From the NCBI GenBank assembly GCA_963771175.1, contig CAVYSY010000011.1, forward strand, positions 145,032 through 209,031: DNA of 64,000 nt, read 5' to 3'. The notes under the pieces are model-generated. The model ran no database searches. It was not told the origin of the DNA and saw nothing but the letters and a program-made list of their open reading frames with translations. How positions within the stretch are numbered: position 1 is the first letter of the stretch; each line of letters begins with the position of its first letter. Of this stretch, positions 39,940 to 49,190 are shown piece after piece. The translations under genes were made by a program, and so were the position numbers. This DNA is from an uncultured delta proteobacterium (lineage in GTDB: Bacteria > Myxococcota > Myxococcia > Myxococcales > Myxococcaceae).

Positions 39940-41361
39940 TCAAGCGCTCTTGGCGGTGGCGTGGGGCGTGCGCCTGCGCACCCGGAGCCACACGCCGTTG
40001 CGAGGCCGGGTCGCCCCGGCGACGGTCGCCTCCATGGGGCGGCCGGGCACGGGCTCGAGCTCGAAGCGCGACAGCAGCCGCGTCAGGACGAGCTGCCCCT
40101 CCATGAGCGCGAAGTCCCTGCCGATGCACAGCCGCTGGCCATTTCCGAAGGGAATCCAGGCCAGCGGGTGCCTCCCGGCCGAGCGCTCCGGAGTGAACCG
40201 CCACGGATCGAACTGGTCGGGCTGCTCCCAGAATTCGGGGTGCCGATGGATGACGTAGGTCATGACGCCGATCATCGAGCCAGCGGGGATGCGGTAACCG
40301 TCGATGACGTCATCCTCGACCGCCGTGCGCGGCACCCAGTAGGTGGGCGGGTACATGCGCAGGCCCTCCTGCAGCACCATGAGCACCTTCTGCAAGCGGG
40401 GCAGGTGCATGAGGGTGGGAGTGCTCTGTCCGAGCACCTGGTCGCATTCGTCCCGCACCATCTGGGCGAGGTCCTGCCGCTCGGCCAGGCTGCCGCAGGT
40501 GAAGGCCAGGGCGGTGGACGTGGTCTCGTAACCCGCCAGCAGCAGCGAGATGGCCTCGTCGCGGAGTTGGTGGTCCGTCATGCGGCCGCCCTCGTCATCC
40601 ACCGCGTCGATCAACATCCCCAGCAGATCGCCTTCGGAGTTGGAGCCCTTCTCCCGGCGCCGGGCGATCAGCTCGAAGATGATCTGGTCGATGTTGCGCA
40701 TGGCCTGCTCGAAGCGGCTGCGCCCCGGGGCGGGCATCCACTGGGGCAGCTTGCTGGTGAAGAGGCTGGAGAGCACATGCTGGACGACGTAGTCGAACTC
40801 CCGGCTCACCTGGGTGGCGGCTTCGGGCGAGATGTCGGCGCCGAACAGCGTCTTGACCACCACGTTCATGGTGAGGCGGGCGAACTCGTGGAAGCTGTCG
40901 AACGGCTCACCCGATTCCGCGGCCCGGTCCCAGCTCTCCAGGCTCTCGTCGATGGCCTTGAGCATGACGTCGAACAGGGTGGTGATGCGCTCCCGGTGGA
41001 AGTGCGGTTGGATCATGCGCCGTTGCCGCAGCCAGAAGTCGCCCTCGCTGGTGGGCAGCCCGTTGCCGACGATGCTTCGGATGGCGCCCCAGATGGGGCC
41101 ACCCTTGATGTAGCGGCGGGGATGGTCACGCAGCACGTGCTGGGCATGGCGCGGGTGGTTGAGCGCGATGCAGCGGGTGATGCCCAGGTCGAGCGTGTAG
41201 ATGTCCCCGTGTCGGGCTCTGGCGGAGAGGACATAGCCCAGGGCATCCCGCGCGAGGCCCGGCAGTGCTCCCACCAGGGGGAGTCCCGCACGGGGCGGCA
41301 GGGGCAGCGTCGAGTCGCTGGAGGAAGGCGCGGGGGGAGCGGGGGGATCGCGATCTGGCAT
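39940..41361 (-). CDS. Cytochrome P450
   Basis: I-helix AGYETT, EGLR (ExxR), FDPWRF, heme motif FGNGQRLCIG; start ATG 41361. Confidence 0.96.
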   Translation of the reverse strand: MPDRDPPAPPAPSSSDSTLPLPPRAGLPLVGALPGLARDALGYVLSARARHGDIYTLDLGITRCIALNHPRHAQHVLRDHPRRYIKGGPIWGAIRSIVGNGLPTSEGDFWLRQRRMIQPHFHRERITTLFDVMLKAIDESLESWDRAAESGEPFDSFHEFARLTMNVVVKTLFGADISPEAATQVSREFDYVVQHVLSSLFTSKLPQWMPAPGRSRFEQAMRNIDQIIFELIARRREKGSNSEGDLLGMLIDAVDDEGGRMTDHQLRDEAISLLLAGYETTSTALAFTCGSLAERQDLAQMVRDECDQVLGQSTPTLMHLPRLQKVLMVLQEGLRMYPPTYWVPRTAVEDDVIDGYRIPAGSMIGVMTYVIHRHPEFWEQPDQFDPWRFTPERSAGRHPLAWIPFGNGQRLCIGRDFALMEGQLVLTRLLSRFELEPVPGRPMEATVAGATRPRNGVWLRVRRRTPHATAKSA

Positions 41362-41476
41362 GTCTACTTCCGTTGCAAGAATCCAGCTTTCCCAGCATGC
41401 ACCATCTGCCGGGCCTTGCGTAGTGCGTCGAGCCGGGCGCATGGCCAGGGTGGGTAAATGCCCCTAGTATTCCGCC

Positions 41477-42424
41477 ATGTCCAATCCCTCAGTGCCCTCG
41501 GAGCCCTCCGACCCCACGGAGGCGGTAGTCCACTTCATCGAGACGAACGCCGTCACGTTCGAGCGAGGTGAGCCGCGGAAGTACTTCGCCAGGTTCACCA
41601 AGATGAATGGGGGGCTCACTCTGCCCATCGTGGACCCGGAGCACCTGACCAAGGTCATCCGGCTCAAGAATTTCTACGCCCTCTGGAATTTCCTGGTGGA
41701 CGATGAGATGGACCGGGATGGGCGCTCCACCGGACTCGACGACAGCATGATGATGCTGATGCATTACTCGCGGGGGGCACCTCTTTCGTCCCAGGTCTCC
41801 GTCGCTGCGCGGCTGCTCGAGAAGATCCTGCGGGAGGTGAAGGCGCTCTCCACCGCGAATGACCCGACCAAGGCCCGCCTGCGCGAGATGTTCTACTTCG
41901 ACCTGTGGGCGCTGATGACCGGGTTCAAGCACGAGGCCTGTATCAACGACATGAAGGAGGCGGCCAACCCGATGGAGTACATCAAGTACACCACCCTGGT
42001 CGGCTCCATCGAGCACCTGCTCGACCTGGACTGCCTCTTCGCCACCAGCACGCTGCCGCCCCCCGTCTACAACCGCCTGCGGGTGGCCTACGATCATCTC
42101 GGACGGGCGCTCAAGTTCTCCTCGGACGTCGGGTCGCTGAAGCGGGAACTGATGGAGGAGGACAACCTCAACCTCATCCGGATCCTGGCCGGCGGCGAGA
42201 ACATCACCGGCCTCGAGAAGAAGCTGTCGGAGGCGGAGTTCGAGGCCCTTCGCTCCGACCTCGAGCCCATCGTGAAGAAGGTGCGCGACATGGCCCGGGA
42301 GCACCTGGAGAAGGCGAGCAGTCTGCTGTCCGGCCTCTCGGGGGTGGATACCGGGCGGCTGCTGGGGACGGTCTCCTCCATCGTCCAGGAGTACTTCAAG
42401 GGCGACGTGTTCTTCCAGAAGTAA
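41477..42424 (+). CDS. Atypical class I terpene synthase / isoprenoid-synthase-fold protein
   Basis: DDxxD = FLVDDEMD; NSE/DTE-like SDVGSLKRE followed by NLNLIRIL; all-helical character, 315 aa; divergent from the P450-class II cyclase pair. Confidence 0.7.
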   Translation: MSNPSVPSEPSDPTEAVVHFIETNAVTFERGEPRKYFARFTKMNGGLTLPIVDPEHLTKVIRLKNFYALWNFLVDDEMDRDGRSTGLDDSMMMLMHYSRGAPLSSQVSVAARLLEKILREVKALSTANDPTKARLREMFYFDLWALMTGFKHEACINDMKEAANPMEYIKYTTLVGSIEHLLDLDCLFATSTLPPPVYNRLRVAYDHLGRALKFSSDVGSLKRELMEEDNLNLIRILAGGENITGLEKKLSEAEFEALRSDLEPIVKKVRDMAREHLEKASSLLSGLSGVDTGRLLGTVSSIVQEYFKGDVFFQK

Positions 42425-42435
42425 GCGGTGCTCGC

Positions 42436-42462
42436 GGGAAGGCGGGGGGAGCCCGCCTTCCC
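42436..42462. terminator. GC-rich hairpin between convergent terpene synthase and MCP
   Basis: GGGAAGGCGGG-gggag-CCCGCCTTCCC, a perfect 11-bp stem; no U-tract. Confidence 0.5.
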
Positions 42463-42475
42463 ACAGCCGCGGTGA

Positions 42476-44321
42476 CTACTCCGGCCTGTTGTTGGCCGGT
42501 GTGCCGGGCTGCTCGGCCGGCGCGGAGCCGTCCTGCATCCAGCCGTACTGGCCGACGAAGCCAGTCACCTGCTGGGCCACGTTGCGGACCACGGAGATGG
42601 CCTCCTCCGAGGCACGCAGCTGGGTCATCGTCTGATCCATGATGCGCGTCATGTCGGTGACGGCCTGGGTGATCTGCACGATGCCCGCGTCCTGCTGGGT
42701 CACCGCGGCGGCGATCTGCCGCACCGAGTTGGCGTTGTCGCGCACGATGGCCGAGAGCTGCTGCACCTGTTGGCTGAAGCTCTGGATCTGCACCAGGCTG
42801 CTCTCGACGCGCTTGGTGCCCTTCTCCGTGAGCGTGGCCGCGCTGGCGATGGCGGTGCCGATGCCCTGGAGGATGGAGCGGATGTTGTGAGTGGCGCGGA
42901 TGGACTGATCCGCCAGTGAGCGGATCTCCTTGGCCACCACGCCGAAACCCTTGCCGCTCTCGCCGGAGCGCACCGCCTCGATGGCGGCGTTGAGCGCGAG
43001 CATGTTCGACTGGTCGGCCAGGTCCTTCACGATGGCCGTGATGCGGGCGACCTGCCGGGCCTGCTCATCCAGGGACTTGATGCTGGTGGCGATCTCACGC
43101 ACCTGCGCGCCGATATCCGACAGGCCCGCCATGCCCTCCTGGATGGCCGCCTCGCCGGAATGGCTGATGTCCTGGGCCTTCTCGGCCTGCTTGAGGATGT
43201 TGTTGGCCGTCTTCGCGGCGAGCTGCGAGGTCTGGGTGATCTCCTCGGTGGTGACCTGGGTCTCCTGCAGCGCGGTGGCCTGGACCGACAGCACCTCCGT
43301 CTGCTTCGTCGTCGACAGCCCGAGCTGCTGGGCCGAGTCCTGCAGCGAGAGGGCGGAAGCGCGCAGCGACATGGAGAAGGAGCGCAGCTGCTCGAAGACG
43401 CGGGCGGTGGCGGCCGACAGGTCGCCGATCTCATCGGTGGAGATCCAGTTGGGCAGCCGGGGCTGACCGCTGGCCAGGCCCACCAGGGCGTCCTGGATGC
43501 TCATCGCGCCCTCCTGCTGCCGACGGGCGAGCACCCACGCCGTCGTGCCGGCGATGGCCAGGAGGTAGCCACCCAGGATGACGAGGGGGATCATCGAGTC
43601 CCGGGCCAGCTTGGTGAGCATCTGCTGGATGAGCGCCTGCACCTCGGCGGTGCTGACGGCGGCGCTCTTGGCCAGCAGCTCATGGTAGGTGTCGTAGCCC
43701 TGCCGGCCGATGATGGTGAGCGTCATCGCCAGGGTGCAGGCCACGAAGAGCGCGAGCGTGTAGGGCAGGAACCACGACTGGCGGGGCCACAGGAAACCCC
43801 TGCCCTTGGGCGTCAAGGTCCCCGCGAGGATGGAACTGCTTGACCGCGTAGGGGCTGAGGATCCGCTCCATCTGGTACTGCTCCACCACCATCAGCAGCG
43901 CCAGGTGCAGTCCCGTGGCGACCAGCGCCCATAGGATGAGCAGCGGATCCCGGCCGAACAGCACGACCGAGCCACCGACGAGGAAGCTCACGCCCGGCAC
44001 GAACGTGGCGAAGATGGCGATCACGATGGTGCCGGGAACCTTGAGGATGCTCTCGAGCTGGACATCAGGTGGCGTGCTCGCCGGCACATCGAAGGCGCGC
44101 TGCACGGCCCGGCGCGTGACCAGGTAGGGGATGAGGATCGTCAGCACCGTGCTGGAGATGGGCGCCAGGTAGCCGAAGATGGTGATGGCCTCCTTGCGGT
44201 TGAGGCCCATGATGACCGCCAGCAGGTACAGCATGGCTGGGGAGCCGATGACATTAGAGACCTGCCGGGCATTCCACAGCTTCTTGAAGACCTTGGTGGC
44301 TTCTGGCGAGAGAGAACTCAT
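42476..44321 (-). CDS. Methyl-accepting chemotaxis protein with multi-TM sensor region (apparent frameshift near 43825)
   Basis: N-terminal half in ORF 43680..44345, C-terminal half in 42476..43816; LADQSNMLALNAAIEAVRSGESGKGFGVVAKEIRSLA; STDEIGDL. Confidence 0.88.
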
Positions 44322-44740
44322 GTGTATTCGCTGGGGTACTCCCAAAGAGGCTTGACGGCCAGCTTACACGCCATGGGCGCGATCTCCAAGGTTCGGAGTC
44401 AAGCGGATTTCCCGGGACTCATGCACCTCAGGAGCGCAGGCAGGCTGGCTGGCGCGGGACCTGACGGGCGGCTCGAACCGCGCCAGGTGCACTCCCAGTC
44501 CGTGCTGCCCCCTACCTCCGAGGGGGGTGCCCTCCGTTGTGCTCCCTACCCGCGGCACGAGCTGACGCCATTTTAAAAATCTTCAATAGGGATGTGCGGG
44601 GAAGTGTCTTGTACTGAACGGATACGCGATTTTCGAAGGGAGAAGTGCTCGACACCTCACGATGATGGCTAGGCTCTCGCCCCCACCCGCATCCATCTCA
44701 ATGACAGTCACATTCTGTCGCATCCACCGAAGGGGGAACC

Positions 44741-45976
44741 GTGGGGAGCGCAGCCCGGCAGCTCGTCATCAATCCAGTCAGTCCCGAGAACCTTCTCGAT
44801 CCAGTCCCGCTCTACGAGGAGATGCGCAAGAACGCCCCGGTCTTCTGGTCTGACCTGGTGCAGGCCTGGTTCATCACGCGTAACGAGGACGTGATGAACT
44901 GCTTCCGCGACAGCCGGCTGAGCGCCAACCGGACGAGGTTCTACGAGGCGCAGCTCCGAGGCATGGACGTGGAGGTCATCCGGGAGCTGATGCAGAGCCT
45001 CAGCCACCAGGTGGGCATGAAGGACGGCGCGGAGCACCAGCGCCTGCGCCGGCAGGTCAACCCGGGCTTCACACCACAGATGCTCGACTCCTGGCGGCCC
45101 GCCATCCGCCGCATCATGGAGATGTTGGTGGACCGGGTCGAGCCCATGGGCCGCATGGACCTGTTCCTGGATATCGCGCACCAGTTGCCTGTGCTCGTCA
45201 TCGCGGAGATCCTGGGCATCCCCGCAGAGGATCGCGAGCGCTTCCAGGCGTGGGTGCAGCCGATCGCCGAATTCACGAGCCCCTCCCTGGGGGTGGACGT
45301 GGCGGCGCTGGCCCGCCGGGCCACCGCGTCCATGAAGGAGTTCAATGCCTACCTGCTCGGGGTCATCCAGGAGCGCCGCCGCACCCCCGGTGACGACGTG
45401 CTCAGCCGGATGATCCACAATCAGGAGGGGGGTGGGATGTCCGAGGATGAGCTGGTGGCCAACGTCAACCTCATCCTCTCGGCCGGGCATGTCACGACCA
45501 CCGACCTGCTCAGCAACACCGTCCATGATCTGCTGGCGCACCCCGACCAGTACCAGAAGCTCCGGGAGGACCGCGGTCTGCTGGCCTCGGCGGTGGAAGA
45601 GGCCATCCGCTTCACCCCATCGATGCCTTTCATCCACCGGATCGCCGTGGAGGACGTCCAGCTCCATGGCAAGACCATCCGCAAGGGCGACGTCGTCTTC
45701 CTCGGCCTGTCGTCCGCCAATCGCGATCCGGAGGCTTTCCCGGACCCGGATACCTTCGATATCACCCGCAGTCCATCCCCGCAGAAGAACATGGCCTTCG
45801 CCTTCGGGCCGCACTACTGCCTGGGCTCGGGGCTGGCCCGCCGCGAAGTGGAGATAGCCCTCGACGTGCTCCTCGAGCGTCTGCCCGGCCTGCGCCTGGA
45901 CGAGCGGATCCCGCCGCGCGTCAAGTGCCACACCTTGCTCTTCCGGGGCTTTGATTCGCTGCCCGTGCGTTGGTAG
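44741..45976 (+). CDS. Cytochrome P450
   Basis: HQRLRRQVNPGFTP, I-helix SAGHVTT, EEAIR, SANRDP, FAFGPHYCLG. Confidence 0.96.
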   Translation: MGSAARQLVINPVSPENLLDPVPLYEEMRKNAPVFWSDLVQAWFITRNEDVMNCFRDSRLSANRTRFYEAQLRGMDVEVIRELMQSLSHQVGMKDGAEHQRLRRQVNPGFTPQMLDSWRPAIRRIMEMLVDRVEPMGRMDLFLDIAHQLPVLVIAEILGIPAEDRERFQAWVQPIAEFTSPSLGVDVAALARRATASMKEFNAYLLGVIQERRRTPGDDVLSRMIHNQEGGGMSEDELVANVNLILSAGHVTTTDLLSNTVHDLLAHPDQYQKLREDRGLLASAVEEAIRFTPSMPFIHRIAVEDVQLHGKTIRKGDVVFLGLSSANRDPEAFPDPDTFDITRSPSPQKNMAFAFGPHYCLGSGLARREVEIALDVLLERLPGLRLDERIPPRVKCHTLLFRGFDSLPVRW

Positions 45977-46107
45977 GGACCTGGCGGTCGCCCCGGACCC
46001 TGCTTCATCGTCGGCCAACCCCCCTGCTTCGTCCGTGCTCGACAAGCAGGTGGGGTGGCACTAGCGTCGGGGCCGTGCAAGATCCGGCCAATGAAACGTC
46101 TACCGGG

Positions 46108-47349
46108 GTGACGGGCTCCACCCAGAGCCAGCGCTTCAACTTGGTCTCCCCTGAGAACCTGCTCAATCCCATTCCCGTCTACAAGCATCTGCGGGAGAAC
46201 GACCCGGTTCATTGGTCCGACGTACTGCAAAGCTGGTTCATCACCCGTCACGACGACGTGGTGAACGGCTTTCGTGACCCGCGCCTGAGCGCCGACCGCA
46301 GCCAGTTCCTGGAGCATCAGGTGCGGCTGCTGGGACTGACCCCTGAGATCATCGGGAACATCATCGAGAGCCTCCGCCGACAGATGGTGAACGCGGATGG
46401 TGCGGCACACCTGCGCCTGCGCCGACTGGCCAGCCCGGGCTTCACTCCCCAGCTGCTCGACACCTGGCGCCCGGCCATCCGCACCACCATGAACATGCTG
46501 ATGGAGCGGGTGCAGGGGCGGGAGCGCATGGACCTGGTGAAGGAGCTGTCCTACCAGCTGCCACCGCTCATCATCTGCGAGCTGCTCGGCGTGCCCGCCG
46601 AGGATCGCGAGCGCTTCCAGGAGTGGGGGCGAACCATCGTCCAGTTCAACAGCCCCACGGTGGGCGTGGACCTGGTGGATCTGGCCCACCGGGCCAACGA
46701 GGCCATGGGGGAACTCACCCGATATCTGACGACGGTCATCGAGAAGCGCCGCCACTCCCCGGGCCAGGATGCACTCAGCTTGATGATCCAATCCCAGGCG
46801 GAGGGGGGGTTGTCCGAGGAGGAGGTGCTGGCCAACGCGGTGCTCCTGCTGTCGGCTGGGCACCTCACCACCACCGATCTGCTCAGCAATGGCGTGCACG
46901 ATCTGCTGTCGAACCCTGAGCAGTTCCAGAAGCTGCGCGAGGATCCCGCCCTGATCAAGTCGGCCGTGGAGGAGATCCTCCGCTTCCGCCCGGCGGTGCC
47001 TTTCATCCACCGCGTCGCCGCGGAGACCTTCCAACTGAGGGGTCGGACCATCAAGAAGGGGGACATCGTGTTCCTCGGGATGGCTTCCGCCAATCGCGAC
47101 CCGGCGATCTTCCCCGACCCGGACACTTTCGACATCACGCGCGACCACTTCCACCTGAAGCACATCGCCTTCGGCTTCGGGCCGCACCACTGCCTGGGCG
47201 CGGGCCTGGCTCGCCGTGAGCTGGAGATCGCGCTCGAGGTGCTCATCGAGCGTCTGCCGGGCCTGCGGCTGGACGAGACGCAGGCGCCGCGGGTGAAGTG
47301 CAGCAGCCTGCTCTTCCGCGGCTTCGATTCGCTCCCCGTGCGCTGGTGA
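46108..47349 (+). CDS. Cytochrome P450 (tandem paralogue of the preceding gene)
   Basis: SAGHLTT, EEILR, SANRDP, FGFGPHHCLG. Start uncertain: GTG 46108 chosen by alignment with the paralogue, GTG 46075 also possible. Confidence 0.95.
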   Translation: MTGSTQSQRFNLVSPENLLNPIPVYKHLRENDPVHWSDVLQSWFITRHDDVVNGFRDPRLSADRSQFLEHQVRLLGLTPEIIGNIIESLRRQMVNADGAAHLRLRRLASPGFTPQLLDTWRPAIRTTMNMLMERVQGRERMDLVKELSYQLPPLIICELLGVPAEDRERFQEWGRTIVQFNSPTVGVDLVDLAHRANEAMGELTRYLTTVIEKRRHSPGQDALSLMIQSQAEGGLSEEEVLANAVLLLSAGHLTTTDLLSNGVHDLLSNPEQFQKLREDPALIKSAVEEILRFRPAVPFIHRVAAETFQLRGRTIKKGDIVFLGMASANRDPAIFPDPDTFDITRDHFHLKHIAFGFGPHHCLGAGLARRELEIALEVLIERLPGLRLDETQAPRVKCSSLLFRGFDSLPVRW

Positions 47350-47367
47350 CGGGGTAGGGGCTCCTCG

Positions 47368-48999
47368 TTAGCGCGGGCCCTTGCCGGACGGAGTGGGGAG
47401 CAGCGGCCGAGGCAGCACCTCGAGCGGCAGCCGCAGCTCGAAGCGCGCGCCGCCTCCGGGCCGCTGGCCCACCGACACCGTGCCGCCATGGGCGAGCACC
47501 ACCCGGCGCACCACGGCCAGCCCCAGACCCGTGCCCGTGGTGCGCGTGGTGAAGAAGGGCTCGAAGACGCGCTGGGCATCGGCCGGGGCGACTCCCGGGC
47601 CCTCATCCTCCATGGTGAGGCGGACGCCCTCCGGCACGCGCCCCACCGCCATGCGCACCAGCCCTCCCGAGGGCGAGGACTGCACCGCGTTGCGCATCAG
47701 GTTCTCCAGCGCGAGTTGCATCAGCGTCTCGTCCGCCTGGAGGAGGGGCAGCTCCGGCTCCTCGTCCAGCGTCACCCGTACGGTGCCGAGCTGACGCCGC
47801 TCGTGGAAGAGCTCCAGTGTGCGCCGGGCCAGCTCGCCCAGGTGCAGCGGGCGCGGCCGGGGCTCCAGCGGACGCACCACGTCCAGCAAGTCCCTCACCA
47901 TCGCGTCCAGCCGCGTGGCCTCCTCCTCCAGCATCTCCACCGCGCTGGTGCCCACGGGGCCCAGCTTGTCCCGCTTGAGCACCGCCACGGCGTTGAGGAT
48001 GGCACCCAGCGGGTTGCGCACCTCGTGGGCCACCACACCCGCGGCCTCGCCAAGCACCGTCAGTCGCTCCTGCGCCACCAGCTCCGCCTGCAGCCGCGAT
48101 AGCTCGGCCAGGCGCGTGGCGGCGAGCCGGTGGTGGCGCACGTTCTCCAGTGCCCCGCCCACCTGCCGCGCGAACAGCTCCAGCGTGGCCGCGCTCGCCG
48201 GCGTCAGCGCCTCGCCCTGGATGGACAGGATTCCGTAGGGCTCCTCCTCCACCAGGATGGGGGCATCCAGGGCCCGGACCATGGGGTAGGCGCTCCGCAT
48301 CCGTGCCAGCAGCTCCGCGTCCTGGGCGCCCACCAGTGCCCGGAGGAAGTCATTGTGGAACGCCGCCTTGCGTCGGGCGAAGACCTCCTCGAGGTGCGGC
48401 AGGCTGGAGCGGGGGAAGCGCACCTCCTGGATGGGGCGTCCGTAGAGCAGCTCGCCCGCGGCCACCTGGGCGGCGTCCTGCCGCATCGGCCCATGGACGA
48501 GCACGTCCCCCTCGAGCAGCAGCACCGTCACGAAGAAGCCCTGCCGGTGGATGGCCTCGACGGCCGTCTCCAGCACGGCCTGCTCGTCGCGGCAGCGCAC
48601 CAGCTCCCCGGCGGCCGCCACCAGCGCCTCGGTGAGCCGCCGCATGCTGGCCTCGCCCTCGGCGTCGAGCAAGAGGAGCAGCGTGTCCTCGGGACGCAGC
48701 CCGCTGCCCCGGCGCATGCAATAGGTCCGCTCCTGGCCTCCCGCCACGCGCACGCTCGTCCACAGCGTGTCGGGGACCGCCTCCCCGCGCGTGTGCTCCT
48801 CGTGCAGCGGCTTCAGCCACGAGCAGTCCTGGGGGAAGAAGCGGGCCAGCAGCTCCGACACCGTGGCGGCGCGCACCACCTCCTCGATGCCGAGCAGCGT
48901 CAGCAGCGCCGGGTTGGCGTAGATGACCTGGTCGCCGCGCACCACCAGGGCCGGCACCGGGAGCCCATCGAGTGGCCGGTACTTATCCGTGTCGGACAC
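47368..48999 (-). CDS. Cytoplasmic sensor histidine kinase (PAS-like, GAF-like, HisKA, HATPase)
   Basis: VIYANPA (PAS-like), AHEVRNPL, NLMRNA, EDEGPG, FEPFFTT, GTGLGL. Confidence 0.92.
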   Translation of the reverse strand: MSDTDKYRPLDGLPVPALVVRGDQVIYANPALLTLLGIEEVVRAATVSELLARFFPQDCSWLKPLHEEHTRGEAVPDTLWTSVRVAGGQERTYCMRRGSGLRPEDTLLLLLDAEGEASMRRLTEALVAAAGELVRCRDEQAVLETAVEAIHRQGFFVTVLLLEGDVLVHGPMRQDAAQVAAGELLYGRPIQEVRFPRSSLPHLEEVFARRKAAFHNDFLRALVGAQDAELLARMRSAYPMVRALDAPILVEEEPYGILSIQGEALTPASAATLELFARQVGGALENVRHHRLAATRLAELSRLQAELVAQERLTVLGEAAGVVAHEVRNPLGAILNAVAVLKRDKLGPVGTSAVEMLEEEATRLDAMVRDLLDVVRPLEPRPRPLHLGELARRTLELFHERRQLGTVRVTLDEEPELPLLQADETLMQLALENLMRNAVQSSPSGGLVRMAVGRVPEGVRLTMEDEGPGVAPADAQRVFEPFFTTRTTGTGLGLAVVRRVVLAHGGTVSVGQRPGGGARFELRLPLEVLPRPLLPTPSGKGPR

Positions 49000-49079
49000 C
49001 GCGCTTCCTCCTCTCCGGATGCAATCAACCCCGGGGGGGCTCCGTATATCGGAGCGTAGTCCTCAAGGGGGAATTGCAC

Positions 49080-49190
49080 ATGCGCTTCGCCAATATGATG
49101 GACCGGGACGATCTGGAGCTGAAGGCGGTTGCGGCGGTGGCGGCCAGCTACCTCCTGCTGGCCACGGTGTTCCTCAGCGGGCTGTTGTAG
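49080..49190 (+). CDS. Small putative membrane peptide (36 aa)
   Basis: AAGGGGGA RBS; MRFANMMDRDDLELKAVAAVAASYLLLATVFLSGLL; G/C-rich third codon positions. Confidence 0.45.
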   Translation: MRFANMMDRDDLELKAVAAVAASYLLLATVFLSGLL

